Assembly: GCA_015228875.1 (NCBI GenBank)
Contig: JADGCS010000006.1
Location: forward strand, 2,611-66,610
DNA length: 64,000 bases
From: Deltaproteobacteria bacterium
GTDB taxonomy: Bacteria > UBA10199 > JADGCS01
Direction: 5' to 3'
Shown here: positions 30,326 to 40,889 of the stretch, in pieces
Layout: the number at the start of each line of letters is the position of its first letter
Position numbering within the stretch: the stretch's first letter is position 1
Position numbers and translations under genes: made by a program
Notes under the pieces: generated by a model
What the model was told of the DNA's origin: nothing
What the model saw: the letters and a program-made list of their open reading frames with translations, nothing else
Database searches by the model: none

Positions 30326-31108
30326 TCAAAAATGTGGGGCGAGCGCTCTGCGTTTTTGTGATTTTGTCCCCAATGCCACCTGAATCTTTGACAAAAAACC
30401 GCGCCAGATATTGACATCACGGTTTTTAAGCTGTGTGCGCTGCAGGATGCGACGGATGCGCCCCTGCACGCGTTCGGGGTTTCCCGCCTTTGTCATGCCG
30501 GCGTTGATCATGACCTCTTTAAAGTGCTCCATAAGGTCATCCACATCCTTTAGGGTGGCGGGGCTGTCGCTTATTGATTTTGCTGCCCTGTGCTGGTTGG
30601 TTAACGGGCCGCTGTGCCAGTTGATGTAGATTGTGGAGACGATGACCGCAACGGCATGGCTTAAATTCATTGTGGGCATGCATTGAGAGGTGGGGATCTG
30701 GCAGAAATGCGTGCAGAGCTGCAGTTCTTCCCATGTGAGACAGTTGTCTTCCCTGCCAAAGACGAGTGCTGTTTTTATGGCACTGGTTTTATTTTTATTT
30801 GCAATCCATTGTGGCAATTCCAAGAGGGGGATTTCGGCGGGACTCCATTCGCCTGTTTTGCGTGTGATGGCTATCGAGCAATGGCAGTCTTTAAGCGCTT
30901 CGGAAAGCGTCTGTGCTGTTTTGATACCCAGAAGAAATTCCCTTGAGGACCCTTTGCCGTAAAGTTCTGCCTGTTTATCCCTGATGTCGCATTGAGGGGC
31001 CACAGCATAGATATCGGGACAGTTAAAGTTTGCGGCAACCCGCGCGCAGGCGCCCACGTTACCCGAATATTTGGGGGCAACAAGAATGATGCGGATGTTT
31101 TGATCCAT
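30326..31108 (-). CDS. TrmJ/LasT-family SPOUT RNA methyltransferase
   Basis: GNVGACAR, ALVFGRED and MNLSHAV. Confidence 0.88.
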   Translation of the reverse strand: MDQNIRIILVAPKYSGNVGACARVAANFNCPDIYAVAPQCDIRDKQAELYGKGSSREFLLGIKTAQTLSEALKDCHCSIAITRKTGEWSPAEIPLLELPQWIANKNKTSAIKTALVFGREDNCLTWEELQLCTHFCQIPTSQCMPTMNLSHAVAVIVSTIYINWHSGPLTNQHRAAKSISDSPATLKDVDDLMEHFKEVMINAGMTKAGNPERVQGRIRRILQRTQLKNRDVNIWRGFLSKIQVALGTKSQKRRALAPHF

Positions 31109-31215
31109 GGGCTGTTATGTAGAGGGGAATGAGCGCTGGATCAAGCTGGAATATTTGGTAGCAGGTCTGTCCCTCCGTCCTCAACTCTGCATCGCGGATG
31201 TGACAACCGAAGGGT

Positions 31216-33453
31216 CTACGGCAACCGATTTATTTCCCGCTCAATCTCTTCTATGTTTGTGAGCCTTGCCCCCATGTCAAAGAGGTGAAGGAGTTTTGAC
31301 CCTCCTTTTTTAAGGAGAGCGCCATCGCCTTTTAAGAGACCCGCGTAGACATCTTCTGCGGCATGGAGTGCCGTTTGAAAACCGCCTGTGTACGACACAT
31401 AGTACCCGGGAAGACCTGCAAAATGGGGTGTTGCCCAGACACGCCCACCTTCACTGCCCTTGAGGGCCTCGACGTGCAGATATTTTTTTGCCCACTCTGT
31501 CCAAAAATCTAGCCGCTCCTTAAGTGATCTCGCTGTGCCGTCGGGGTTTTTGTCCTGATAAAGATTGATCTCAAAGCGTGCGCGGGACATCGCAACCATT
31601 TGATCATAAATAGTGAGCCCCTCATCGGCCTCTGCTATGGCTTTGCGGACAGCAGGGTCGCTAAACTGTGGCAGGTGAGAGAGATATCTGTCCAGAAAAC
31701 CCTGGCTGGTCACCAATTTGTCGGTCGCCACGGCAATGCCTTCGACCCAGATGTTGGGGTTGCCGTCAAGGCCCATGGCACGGTTGCCCCTTGCCCTTTG
31801 TGCCGCTGTAATAAAGTGAATGTCGTGGACAAGCTCGTGGATAATCGTGCCCAGGTCTTCCAGTGAAATCTCTTCTGTTGTATCAAAGTTGGTATTAAAC
31901 CAGGCCTGTCTGCCGTCTCCCAAGGCCTCGGCAAAGGCGTTGCCGTATTTGTCTGCTCTTTTGTTTGTGTCAAAAAAGATATTTCCCTTAAGGGGGGCCT
32001 GATCAAGATCAATACCAAGATCCTTAAAAAACATTTTTGCCGCATCAAGGGCATCTGAGAAACGGATTTTTGGGATCTCCCCGCCCGAAAGTTTTTCTTT
32101 TGCAAGTTGATCGGCAAGGTGGTGGACGTCCCATTCGTAAACTGTTTTACCGCCATTAAGGCGCGTGAGCTCTTTTATAAATGCCTCGAGCGCAGCGCTG
32201 TTTGCCTCGTGATATTCGCGGCACTGTTTGTCAAATTGTTCGGGTGTGATCCCGTGCATGACATCACCCTTGTAGGCTGCAAAGTTTGTGTAGCCGTACT
32301 TTTGCGCGAGCGCGTTGAGCCTGTCAATCATCGGGAAGAGCCCGTTTTGATGGGCCTTAAGGACGGCTCCTGAGTAGGTTTCGAGGAGTTCGCGTCTGTC
32401 TTTGGGGTCGTTTAATTCTCTGAGTGTTTGATAAAATTCGGCGCGTGTGAGTTGTTTGCCCTTCCACTTGAATTTTTCGAGGGCCCCGGTCATGAGTTTT
32501 TCGGACGCTGTGGCGAGTTCGGTTATGGTATTGGCGTCCTCTTTTTTGAGCAGGAGTTCTTTTTTTGCATAGATGGTCATGGCCTTCATGAAGGGGATAA
32601 GGTCAGGGTCTCTTTGTGAGTAATAGGCCTTGAGGGCTTCGTCTTTCATGATGGCGTCAAAGCGGTCAACAAGGCGCATCAGCGGTGCGCTGAGAAGATG
32701 CACAACCTCTGTGGCAGTCTTGCCCGCTTGCTCAACTGAGGCATTGCCCTTTGAGAATTCCGCGCCCTGCAGAATGGCAAAATATCCCAGGCTGTTTAAG
32801 ACATAACCCTGAATTTCAAAGAGGGCATCAAAGAGTTGTCGGTCCTTGAGGTATTGTTTCTCTACTGTATCGGCAGGCTCTGACATACCGGTATCCAGGG
32901 TCTTGTCGACGTATTGCCCTGTAGCCGGGTCGTAAGCGCGGTAATGGACCGCATGTTGGCCATCGGTGGCTGTGACTGCAAAATCGGTAAAGGGGTGGCA
33001 TTCCCCTAGGTGTTGTGCAACGGCAATGACAGCCCCTTGTTTGATCATATCGGGGGAGGGGATATCGCCTTCTTTGTCTCCGTTTTGTCCTGGAACTTTA
33101 ATAAGGAAGCTGATTGTTTTGTGGTCTGTGACCTTGGCATCGGGCTCCGCGTAGATTTGGAACGAGCGGATCATCAAGACACCAGCCGTTGTTTCGCCCT
33201 GTTGTTGCAGTCCCCCCAGCATAACGGTGTTGACAGGCATTTTAACTGCATCCCAGGGGGTGAGTGTCCTGATGGCCGCCTGGCTTGTGCCATGTCCTGC
33301 AATCAGCCTCCCCAACTCCTTAAGGATGACCGGATTGCCTACAGTGACCTGTGTGGCAGCACTCATTGAGTAGGGTGCGCCCCTCACACGGAATAGAGAG
33401 GGGTTTGCCGGTTGTGGAAAGGTGGGTGATAAAAAGGGCGCGATTCCTGCCAT
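31216..33453 (-). CDS. M2/M3-like gluzincin metallopeptidase with an extra N-terminal region
   Basis: HELVH zinc motif, downstream EGIA, PHF..YYVSY and AQKYGYTNF. Confidence 0.7.
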   Translation of the reverse strand: MAGIAPFLSPTFPQPANPSLFRVRGAPYSMSAATQVTVGNPVILKELGRLIAGHGTSQAAIRTLTPWDAVKMPVNTVMLGGLQQQGETTAGVLMIRSFQIYAEPDAKVTDHKTISFLIKVPGQNGDKEGDIPSPDMIKQGAVIAVAQHLGECHPFTDFAVTATDGQHAVHYRAYDPATGQYVDKTLDTGMSEPADTVEKQYLKDRQLFDALFEIQGYVLNSLGYFAILQGAEFSKGNASVEQAGKTATEVVHLLSAPLMRLVDRFDAIMKDEALKAYYSQRDPDLIPFMKAMTIYAKKELLLKKEDANTITELATASEKLMTGALEKFKWKGKQLTRAEFYQTLRELNDPKDRRELLETYSGAVLKAHQNGLFPMIDRLNALAQKYGYTNFAAYKGDVMHGITPEQFDKQCREYHEANSAALEAFIKELTRLNGGKTVYEWDVHHLADQLAKEKLSGGEIPKIRFSDALDAAKMFFKDLGIDLDQAPLKGNIFFDTNKRADKYGNAFAEALGDGRQAWFNTNFDTTEEISLEDLGTIIHELVHDIHFITAAQRARGNRAMGLDGNPNIWVEGIAVATDKLVTSQGFLDRYLSHLPQFSDPAVRKAIAEADEGLTIYDQMVAMSRARFEINLYQDKNPDGTARSLKERLDFWTEWAKKYLHVEALKGSEGGRVWATPHFAGLPGYYVSYTGGFQTALHAAEDVYAGLLKGDGALLKKGGSKLLHLFDMGARLTNIEEIEREINRLP

Positions 33454-33690
33454 AAGGACTCCTTTTATGTGGATAATAAAAAAGTCTTTCTATTGCGGAC
33501 TGCTTTGTCAACTGGTTGATTAAATATGTTTTGTGTTTTTTTGGGATGACGCAGACACGTGAATATGTCAAGTAATTACAAATGGTTGGTGCGCGTGTGT
33601 TTTTCTGTTTCCCCCCATGACGTCTCAGCACGATTGAATGTTTTTAACAAAAGGGCTATCGGCTAAAAAAAATCAAAAAGGTGCACAACG

Positions 33691-35055
33691 ATGAAACCAA
33701 TCATGTACTATTCAACAAATTTAAAAACAAAACCCGTCACTTTTAAAGACGCACTGATCAAGGGGCTTGCCCCTGACAAGGGGCTTTTTATGCCGGAGAA
33801 AATCCCTGAAATCTCCCGGGATGAACTCGTCTCGTTCCCGCAGATGCCGTATCACGAGATTGCCTATGCCATTGCCAATAAATTTCTTGAAGGCGAGATC
33901 CCCGCCCAAAAATTAAAAGATCTTATCAGTGACGCCTACAATTACGAGGTGCCACTCCAAAATGTCTATGACAGGAAATACGTGATGAGACTCGATCAGG
34001 GGCCAACAGCGTCCTTTAAGGATTTTGCGGCACGGCAGATGGCGCGGCTCATGCAGTTTTATCTTGGCGAAGAAAAAAGGGAGCTCCTGATACTCACCGC
34101 CACATCAGGCGATACGGGGAGTGCCATTGCCAATGCCTTTTATGGGCTCGATAACATCAAGATTGTTGTTCTCTTTCCCTTGCATGAAGTGACCAGCCGT
34201 CAGAGAAAACAGATGACCACTCTGGGGAGAAACGTGCGGATCATGGCGCTTGATGCCAAGTTTGATGACTGTCAGGCCCTTGTCAAAAGGGCGTTTACGG
34301 ACAGTGACCTCGATCATCTTAAACTCTCTTCGGCAAATTCCATCAATATTGGCAGACTCCTGCCGCAGACGATGTATTATTTTTACGCGTATGCAAAGCT
34401 CACACGTTCGGTTGACGAACAGATCATCTTTTCTGTTCCGTCGGGCAATTTTGGAGACATGATGGGCGGGCTGATCGCGATGCGCATGGGGCTCCCGGTC
34501 AAGCGGTTTGTGATTGCGACCAACTCAAACGATGAGTTTCCAGAATTTTTAAGTTCGGGCCGGTATGAAAAAATAGTCCCTTCAAAAAATTGTATTTCAT
34601 CCGCGATGAACGTGGGACACCCGAGCAATCTTTCCCGCGTTGTTGCGCTGTATGGCGGGGTGATGGATGAGACGGGGCTTGTGACAAAAATGCCCGATCT
34701 CAAACAGATGAACCGGGACATGCACGCGGTCAGCATTTCGGAGGCCGAGACAAAAAACGCCATCAAAGAGGCCTATGCAAAGCACAAACTCATCCTCGAA
34801 CCGCACGGTGCGGTCGCGTGGGCGGCCCTGCAGCAATACATTAACGACAGCGGGCAAAACACCCCGGACCAACTCATGGTCTCGCTCGAAACCGCCCACC
34901 CCGCAAAGTTTCCCGAAGAGATCAGGGAGATCCTTTCAATCGAGCCCAACCTGCCGCAGAGTCTCGAGGGCATCGAGGCCAAAGAAGAGTCTTTTATGCA
35001 GCTGGAAAATAATTATGAAGTTTTTAAGAGGCACCTGCTTCAAAATTATGGTTAA
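33691..35055 (+). CDS. thrC: threonine synthase
   Basis: GLAPDKGLF, GPTASFKDF, ATSGDTG, VPSGNFG and TAHPAKF. Confidence 0.95.
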   Translation: MKPIMYYSTNLKTKPVTFKDALIKGLAPDKGLFMPEKIPEISRDELVSFPQMPYHEIAYAIANKFLEGEIPAQKLKDLISDAYNYEVPLQNVYDRKYVMRLDQGPTASFKDFAARQMARLMQFYLGEEKRELLILTATSGDTGSAIANAFYGLDNIKIVVLFPLHEVTSRQRKQMTTLGRNVRIMALDAKFDDCQALVKRAFTDSDLDHLKLSSANSINIGRLLPQTMYYFYAYAKLTRSVDEQIIFSVPSGNFGDMMGGLIAMRMGLPVKRFVIATNSNDEFPEFLSSGRYEKIVPSKNCISSAMNVGHPSNLSRVVALYGGVMDETGLVTKMPDLKQMNRDMHAVSISEAETKNAIKEAYAKHKLILEPHGAVAWAALQQYINDSGQNTPDQLMVSLETAHPAKFPEEIREILSIEPNLPQSLEGIEAKEESFMQLENNYEVFKRHLLQNYG

Positions 35056-35190
35056 AACCTTAGAAGGTTTTTTCGACGCGTTTTTGCATCAATATTTTAC
35101 AAGGTGCCAGCCCGCGTAGGATCCGGCGCATAGCGCCAAACATGAAACCCTTCATGTTTGATCGCAATGCACTCCGCTTTATGCGGGTTA
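35053..35190 (+). repeat. Repeat family B long form containing module M
   Basis: Diverged B ends with ggcgcatagcgccaaacatgaaacccttcatgtttgatcgcaatgcac inserted. Confidence 0.9.
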
Positions 35191-35212
35191 TGGTTTAACG
35201 TGAGGAAAAAAA

Positions 35213-36418
35213 ATGAAATCCATTATCATCCTCTGTGATGGCATTGCCGATCATCCCATACAAAGACTGGGCGGGAAAACGCCGCTCATGGCTGCACGCA
35301 CACCCCACATCGATAAACTCTGCGCGATGGGGAGAACAGGGCGACTGCTTACTGTGCCCGCAGGCATGGCCCCCGGGAGTGAGGTTGCCAATCTGGGGGT
35401 GCTTGGGTACAATGCCAAAGAGGTCTATCAGGGGAGGGGGGTGCTCGAGGCGGCCAGTATGGGTGTTGAGCTTGAGTTGACCGACCTTGCGATGAGGTGC
35501 AATCTTGTCTGTATTGAAAACGAAAACATAAAAAACCATTCGGCGGGACATATCTCTTCCGAAGAGGGCCGCGAGTTGATTAAAACCCTCAATGAGCGAC
35601 TGGGTTCCCAAACGGTCAAATTTTATCCCGGTGTGAGTTATCGCCACCTCCTGGTGATTGCGCACGGGAACAACGATATCACCATGACACCGCCGCACGA
35701 TGTGCCTGGCAAGCCCTTTAGGGACGTACTTCCCAGGGCGACAACAGATCATGGTGCCCAGACGGCGGGTCTGATCAATGAGCTGATTCACAAATCACAG
35801 CAGATTTTACAGGACCACCCCGTTAATCAGGGGCGCGTCAGGGGTAAAAAAGATCCCGGCAACAGCATCTGGCCGTGGGCTGCAGGGTATAAACCAAAGA
35901 TGAAGACCCTTGACGAATTGTTTCATGTGACAGGTGCCGTGATTGCCGCCGTTGATCTCATCAAGGGGATTGGCCGTTACGCGGGGATGCGGGTGATAGA
36001 GGTCCCGGGGGCAACAGGGCTTCATGATACCAACTACGAGGGCAAGGCTAGGGCCGCTGTCCATGCCCTTAAGGATGTCGATCTCGTCTACCTGCACATC
36101 GAGGCGAGTGACGAGGCGGGGCACGAGGGGGACGTTGACTTAAAAGTAAGGACTGTCGAGTTTTTAGATCAAAGGGTCGTCAAATATATTCTTGAAGAAA
36201 CGGCGCGTATAAACGATGACGTGGCCATTGCCCTGCTCCCTGATCACCCGACACCGTGCGAACTTAAGACCCACACCGCTGCACCTGTCCCGTTTATCAT
36301 CTATCATCCCGGTGAGCAACCGGACGGGGTGATGGAATACAACGAAGAGAGCGTTAAACAAGGGTATTATGGACTGCTTGAGGGAGACCACTTTATCAGG
36401 GCATTGCTCCAGAAGTGA
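35213..36418 (+). CDS. ApgM-family cofactor-independent phosphoglycerate mutase (proposed homoserine-kinase subgroup)
   Basis: DGIAD, GKTPL, PGSEVAN, DEAGH and PDHPTP; directly after thrC. Confidence 0.85.
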   Translation: MKSIIILCDGIADHPIQRLGGKTPLMAARTPHIDKLCAMGRTGRLLTVPAGMAPGSEVANLGVLGYNAKEVYQGRGVLEAASMGVELELTDLAMRCNLVCIENENIKNHSAGHISSEEGRELIKTLNERLGSQTVKFYPGVSYRHLLVIAHGNNDITMTPPHDVPGKPFRDVLPRATTDHGAQTAGLINELIHKSQQILQDHPVNQGRVRGKKDPGNSIWPWAAGYKPKMKTLDELFHVTGAVIAAVDLIKGIGRYAGMRVIEVPGATGLHDTNYEGKARAAVHALKDVDLVYLHIEASDEAGHEGDVDLKVRTVEFLDQRVVKYILEETARINDDVAIALLPDHPTPCELKTHTAAPVPFIIYHPGEQPDGVMEYNEESVKQGYYGLLEGDHFIRALLQK

Positions 36419-36433
36419 TGCGTTTTTTCAGGG

Positions 36434-37141
36434 GTGTTTATGGGAACAAAAGAGACCGTCAAATTTGATTTAAAGGACTACTACGACGCGGAAAATCCGT
36501 TTTATTATTTTACAGGACAGGGAAACAAGCAGGCCATTGTCCGGATCAGACGGATTGGGGTGAGCGACCTTATTGTGGACACCCACGTGGAGATCAAGAT
36601 GCGGGAGACCACGCAGGGTTTTATCATCATCAAAAACAATCAGGGGATCTTAAATTTTACTGCGCGGTTCGTGCCAGAGAAACTTGTTGATAATAAACTC
36701 GATGTCTTAAAACTGCAGATTGATCCAAAAAGCATCAAGTCGGTCAACCGCAGGGAGTATTACCGTATCAAGATCAACCCGCCGATTGAGTGCCGGCTCA
36801 TCGACGAAGCAGGATTGCAAGGCTCTGTTTTTTTAAATGACCTCAGCGCGGGTGGTGTTGGTTTTGGTTCCCCTGTGCCGCTAAAATGCAACAAGGTCTA
36901 TCAGATCTCGGTCCCGCTCGATATCGCCAAAACCAACCCGCTCAAACTTCCCATTCTTGTCTTGCACGACATCACAAACAGGTTTCCCAAAGGGGAGATC
37001 ACCTTTTTTTACGGGGCGAGTTTTGTTGCGGGGCAGACAGCAAAAGGCTTTGAGCCCTTTACCGAGGACACACGCGCTGGTATTATCCGATACGTCAATC
37101 AATACCTCATCGAGTTAAGAAGAAAACTTAAGGATTTATAA
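36434..37141 (+). CDS. PilZ-domain protein
   Basis: RREYYR and DLSAGG c-di-GMP-binding motifs. Confidence 0.8.
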   Translation: MFMGTKETVKFDLKDYYDAENPFYYFTGQGNKQAIVRIRRIGVSDLIVDTHVEIKMRETTQGFIIIKNNQGILNFTARFVPEKLVDNKLDVLKLQIDPKSIKSVNRREYYRIKINPPIECRLIDEAGLQGSVFLNDLSAGGVGFGSPVPLKCNKVYQISVPLDIAKTNPLKLPILVLHDITNRFPKGEITFFYGASFVAGQTAKGFEPFTEDTRAGIIRYVNQYLIELRRKLKDL

Positions 37142-37156
37142 ACCGTGCGCGTTATT

Positions 37157-37666
37157 TTAAAACCCTTCAAGCTCCCTCTTGAGTTGTTGCGACAGCCTGT
37201 CGTCACTGTTTGTGGGGTTGTTTAAGGTGGTGCTGGTTTTGTTGTTTAAGTGCTGTGACAGGCTGGCTAAATCTTGCAGGCGATGACCCCGCCATCTTTT
37301 TAACAAAACGAGGACGGTGACAAGACTCAAGACACCGAGGGCAAGCGGCATCACAAAGGCAAGCCTGTTAAAGCCCGACTGCGGGGGGATGGAGAGGATT
37401 TTGATGCCGTATTGCTTGACATACTCATCAAGGATGGCTTGTTTTGATTTTCCAAGCCCAAGCATTTTACGAATCTCTGCCTTGATCTCGTCTGAAACGC
37501 CGGAAGGGTGGATGGAGACAGGCTGCGTAAAGCAGCAGGGGGCGATGATCTCGGTTTCCAGCTCCTTTGCCGTTTTTTCCTGATCGGGGGTGAGTGCGTG
37601 TGATGGCAGAGTCTGGACCAAGAGCAGTACGAAGAACAGGGCAGTCAACGGATTTTTTTTAAACAC
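37157..37666 (-). CDS. ccmH: cytochrome c biogenesis CcmH/NrfF-like protein
   Basis: IIAPCCFTQPV, EIRKML..GKSKQAILDEYVKQYG..ILSIP and a TM segment; GTG start after AAGGA. Confidence 0.75.
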   Translation of the reverse strand: MFKKNPLTALFFVLLLVQTLPSHALTPDQEKTAKELETEIIAPCCFTQPVSIHPSGVSDEIKAEIRKMLGLGKSKQAILDEYVKQYGIKILSIPPQSGFNRLAFVMPLALGVLSLVTVLVLLKRWRGHRLQDLASLSQHLNNKTSTTLNNPTNSDDRLSQQLKRELEGF

Positions 37667-37963
37667 GGTTGTTCCTTTTTTTAAGGTTGAGCAATATGCC
37701 CTGATCGAATTTTGATCAATCATTCTCAAAGACGCCTTGTTTTCACCATGAGTAAAAGAACACTCATCTCCAAAGGAATGCATTATTTTTATAACGCAGG
37801 GAATAATTCTTAAGGCATTGATCACACTTGACAATTTTAATCAATTGGTCGCGATTTTGGCGCGTTTGTTTTTCCTGTTGCAATTGACATCGTTCATATC
37901 AATGCTACCTGCAAGATCAGCAGGTTGTTTGACACGTGTGATCAGTGAAGGGGTTTTATTCAT

Positions 37964-38851
37964 ATGAGTTTGCTCGAACACATTGGTTTGGGACGATCGC
38001 GATCAGATTTATCTGGCGAGGTGCTGCAGGCACACGTTTCTGGTGCAGGGGTACCTCACACTCAAGGCGGTGATCTTGGCAAGGCTCACGATGCAGGGTT
38101 TGTTTCTCAGGGGAGTGATGCGGCAAGGGGTCGTGAGTTATTAAAGGGAGACAGGTGGATTCGTTCGGCAGGGCTTTGGAAGACCCTCAACATGAGGGTG
38201 AGTCAATTGCGGGGCAGCGCGGCTGTTGATCAAGAATCTTTTGAGGTTTTATGGCCCAACATAGAAGCGGGTATTTTATTCCCTGACCCTGATCAACGAA
38301 GGGCGGCATACAACACGCTTCTGACGCGCCTGTTGGAACAACCGGTTACAAATGAACAGGCAGAGATCATTGCTGCTGCTGTGGTTGTTGATCTCACAAA
38401 AAAGGTTGAGCAACAGATGATCCCCACACCCCTGTGGAAGGCCTCTCAACCCATGGCGACACTCCCCTCTTACCCGCTTGCGGTCTTAAAAAAAATCAGG
38501 GGGCAGCTTTCGCAGTCATGGCAGAGCGATATCGACCTGATCACGCGGGAAGAACTCAGGCCCCCCTTTCTGGATTATTGCGGGAATCCTGTGCCCCACA
38601 CCGACATACCTCAAAAGGCTGCTCAGTGGAATCGCTTGACAGACGCGGGTTTGCTGTTTGTTCTGTATCGTGATTCCACTCATTGTTCCCAGCCAGCCCT
38701 CGAAGAACTGACCGGTCGCTATGCGGAACTGGGGGCGTTTTTAATGGACGAGCCTGCGCTGGACCTTTCCACAGTCTCTCTCAACATGTATCCCTACTAT
38801 AAACCGATCGCCTTTACGGCGCACGAAAAACGGCGGAGAGGGGCGGGTTGA
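37964..38851 (+). CDS. hypothetical protein
   Basis: 295-aa ORF with an upstream purine-rich GAAGGGG; no motif recognised. Confidence 0.6.
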   Translation: MSLLEHIGLGRSRSDLSGEVLQAHVSGAGVPHTQGGDLGKAHDAGFVSQGSDAARGRELLKGDRWIRSAGLWKTLNMRVSQLRGSAAVDQESFEVLWPNIEAGILFPDPDQRRAAYNTLLTRLLEQPVTNEQAEIIAAAVVVDLTKKVEQQMIPTPLWKASQPMATLPSYPLAVLKKIRGQLSQSWQSDIDLITREELRPPFLDYCGNPVPHTDIPQKAAQWNRLTDAGLLFVLYRDSTHCSQPALEELTGRYAELGAFLMDEPALDLSTVSLNMYPYYKPIAFTAHEKRRRGAG

Positions 38852-38892
38852 GATTTTTGCATGACTATTCAACCAAAATAAGATATCGGGTT

Positions 38893-39044
38893 GGGGCCTG
38901 TCGGACAGCACCTGTTTCTCCGGAAGTTTGAAAATTTTGCCGCTTGCAAAATATTTCAAACCCTGAAAAATCATGTCTTTACATTTTGTCACGGGACATG
39001 ATTTTTCAGGACTCCTCCGAAACAGGTTCTGTCCGACAGGCCCC
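38893..39044 (+). mobile_element. Family C MITE-like element
   Basis: TIR ggggcctgtcggacagcacctgtttc / gaaacaggttctgtccgacaggcccc; interior almost identical to the 44261 copy. Confidence 0.88.
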
Positions 39045-39086
39045 TAGCTTAGTCCAGGCCCGCCAATCATATAAAATAAAAAAGGG

Positions 39087-39593
39087 GTGTGTGTGAGCCA
39101 AAACTCAACCGCAGAAGCAAACAAAAAAAAGGACAACTCTGTTAAAGAAGAAAAAACAAGTTTAACCAAAGAAGATATCGACAGCATGACCGCCAGACAG
39201 GTCATGGAAAAGAGATACCCCACCATCGATGCCTCAAAACAAATCAGCGACGCCTACGAGCTCATGACAGAACTGGGACTCGAGTATCTGCCTGTGGTGC
39301 AGGATCAAAGGGTTGTGCGGGTGCTTACAAAAAACAGCATCGAAACAATCCGCTCCGCCCATTTTGATGCCCCCGGTCAAGATCAGCGTGTTGCGAGGCT
39401 CATGTGTCTTCCCCTTTCGATCGTCAATAACAATCAAGAACTCATTACCGCAAAGGCCGATGATCCTGTGAGAAAGGTCATGAGGGTCATGTCAGAAAAT
39501 AAAATCAATTCGGTGCCTGTGGTTAAAGACAACGGCGAGATAGAGGGTATGATCACCACACACAAAATTCTTAAATTGATCTGCGATGTTTAA
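39087..39593 (+). CDS. CBS-domain pair protein
   Basis: TARQVM...LPVV and SVPVV...GMIT motifs. Confidence 0.85.
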   Translation: MCVSQNSTAEANKKKDNSVKEEKTSLTKEDIDSMTARQVMEKRYPTIDASKQISDAYELMTELGLEYLPVVQDQRVVRVLTKNSIETIRSAHFDAPGQDQRVARLMCLPLSIVNNNQELITAKADDPVRKVMRVMSENKINSVPVVKDNGEIEGMITTHKILKLICDV

Positions 39594-40206
39594 TGGCCTT
39601 GAGTTCAAAGAGGGTCTGCCCCTGATCCTGATATTTCTTTTCAAACGCTGTCCGCGGGTTTTCGTCCTTTGCCCTTTCCTGATGACACGCGATTGTGTAT
39701 CCCCAAAACCTGGAAAGAAAGTCACAGGCCTCACTCGCATACCCCTTGATGTTACTGGCAAGGCAGATGGTTCCGTGTTCCTTTAAACAATCATCAAAGA
39801 CCTTAAATGACGCGCCCACAAAGAAGCGCCGGTTTGCCTGTTTTTTGAGGGGGAGGGGGTTTGGGTAAAAAAAATACAACGCGCTGACCGATGCGGCGGG
39901 GACTTTTTGCGAGATCAGCGCTGTGGCATCTGCACGGATGGCTATCAGGTTGCTGTGCTTAAGCCCGCCAGCCCTCTCGATAAAGGCGCCCCCACGGAGC
40001 GCTGTGCGTTCGATGCCGATAAATAATGTTTCGGGATCCTTTGATGCCTGTCCGATCAGCCAGTCTCCCTTGCCGCACCCTACCTCGATGACAATGTTTT
40101 TATTCCAGTCCACCCGATCAAGGGCCTGCCAGCCTTTTGGTTCGGGGGTGTAGATGTAAGGATGGTAAGCACGGGGCCTGATCAGTTCTGCAGGCTGAAA
40201 GTCCAT
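39571..40206 (-). CDS. trmB: tRNA (guanine-N7)-methyltransferase-like protein
   Basis: EVGCGKG, FIGIE, YPNP.P.K and TAFEKKY. Confidence 0.8.
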   Translation of the reverse strand: MDFQPAELIRPRAYHPYIYTPEPKGWQALDRVDWNKNIVIEVGCGKGDWLIGQASKDPETLFIGIERTALRGGAFIERAGGLKHSNLIAIRADATALISQKVPAASVSALYFFYPNPLPLKKQANRRFFVGASFKVFDDCLKEHGTICLASNIKGYASEACDFLSRFWGYTIACHQERAKDENPRTAFEKKYQDQGQTLFELKAIKHRRSI

Positions 40207-40625
40207 TACTCTCCAATGATTTTGACAAGGACGCGTTTTCTTCGTCTGCCGTCAAACTCGCCGTAGAAGATCTGCTCCCATGTGCCAAAATCAAACTCGC
40301 CCCCTGTAATCGCAACGGTGACCTGATGTCCCATCAACTGACGCTTAAGGTGGGCATCGGCGTTGTCCTCGCCGGTCCTGTTGTGGAGGTACTGACCTAC
40401 GGGTTCGTGCGGTGCAAGTCGTTCCAGCATTTTCTCGTAATCGTGGTGCAGCCCGGATTCGTTGTCGTTGATAAATACCGATGCTGTGATGTGCATGGGG
40501 GTGACCAGGCAGAGTCCCTCTTTAATGCCGCTCTCCTGCAGGCACTCGCGCACCTTGCCCGAAATATTAACAAAGGCGCGCCTTGAGTTGATATTGAATA
40601 CAAGTTCTTTGCGGTAGGATTTCAT
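40206..40625 (-). CDS. yjbQ: YjbQ/UPF0047 family protein
   Basis: HITAS..INDNE, NADAHLK and [13 protein letters not shown]. Confidence 0.9.
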   Translation of the reverse strand: MKSYRKELVFNINSRRAFVNISGKVRECLQESGIKEGLCLVTPMHITASVFINDNESGLHHDYEKMLERLAPHEPVGQYLHNRTGEDNADAHLKRQLMGHQVTVAITGGEFDFGTWEQIFYGEFDGRRRKRVLVKIIGE

Positions 40626-40790
40626 AGGGACAACCTTTCAGCCCCAAGCCTAATCAGTCCTAAAACGAAACAGCTTGAGGTTCTTTTTCACCGGGCCTGT
40701 TTTAATCAGGTGTTTGTCCGGCAGTCAAATGCAAAAAAATATTGCATTGAAGATTATCGACGAAGGTTTTATGACGCACGAGAATGAAGG

Positions 40791-40880
40791 ACAAGTTACT
40801 AACTTGACTTTGACGCGGTTGAGTCCCCCCGTTGTGCGAGGAATGCACCCGCGCTCTGTCAATTTTAAAATTCCTATACA
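40791..40880 (-). repeat. Repeat family A copy
   Basis: Reverse-complement full 87-bp unit. Confidence 0.95.
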
Positions 40881-40889
40881 CGGACTTAT

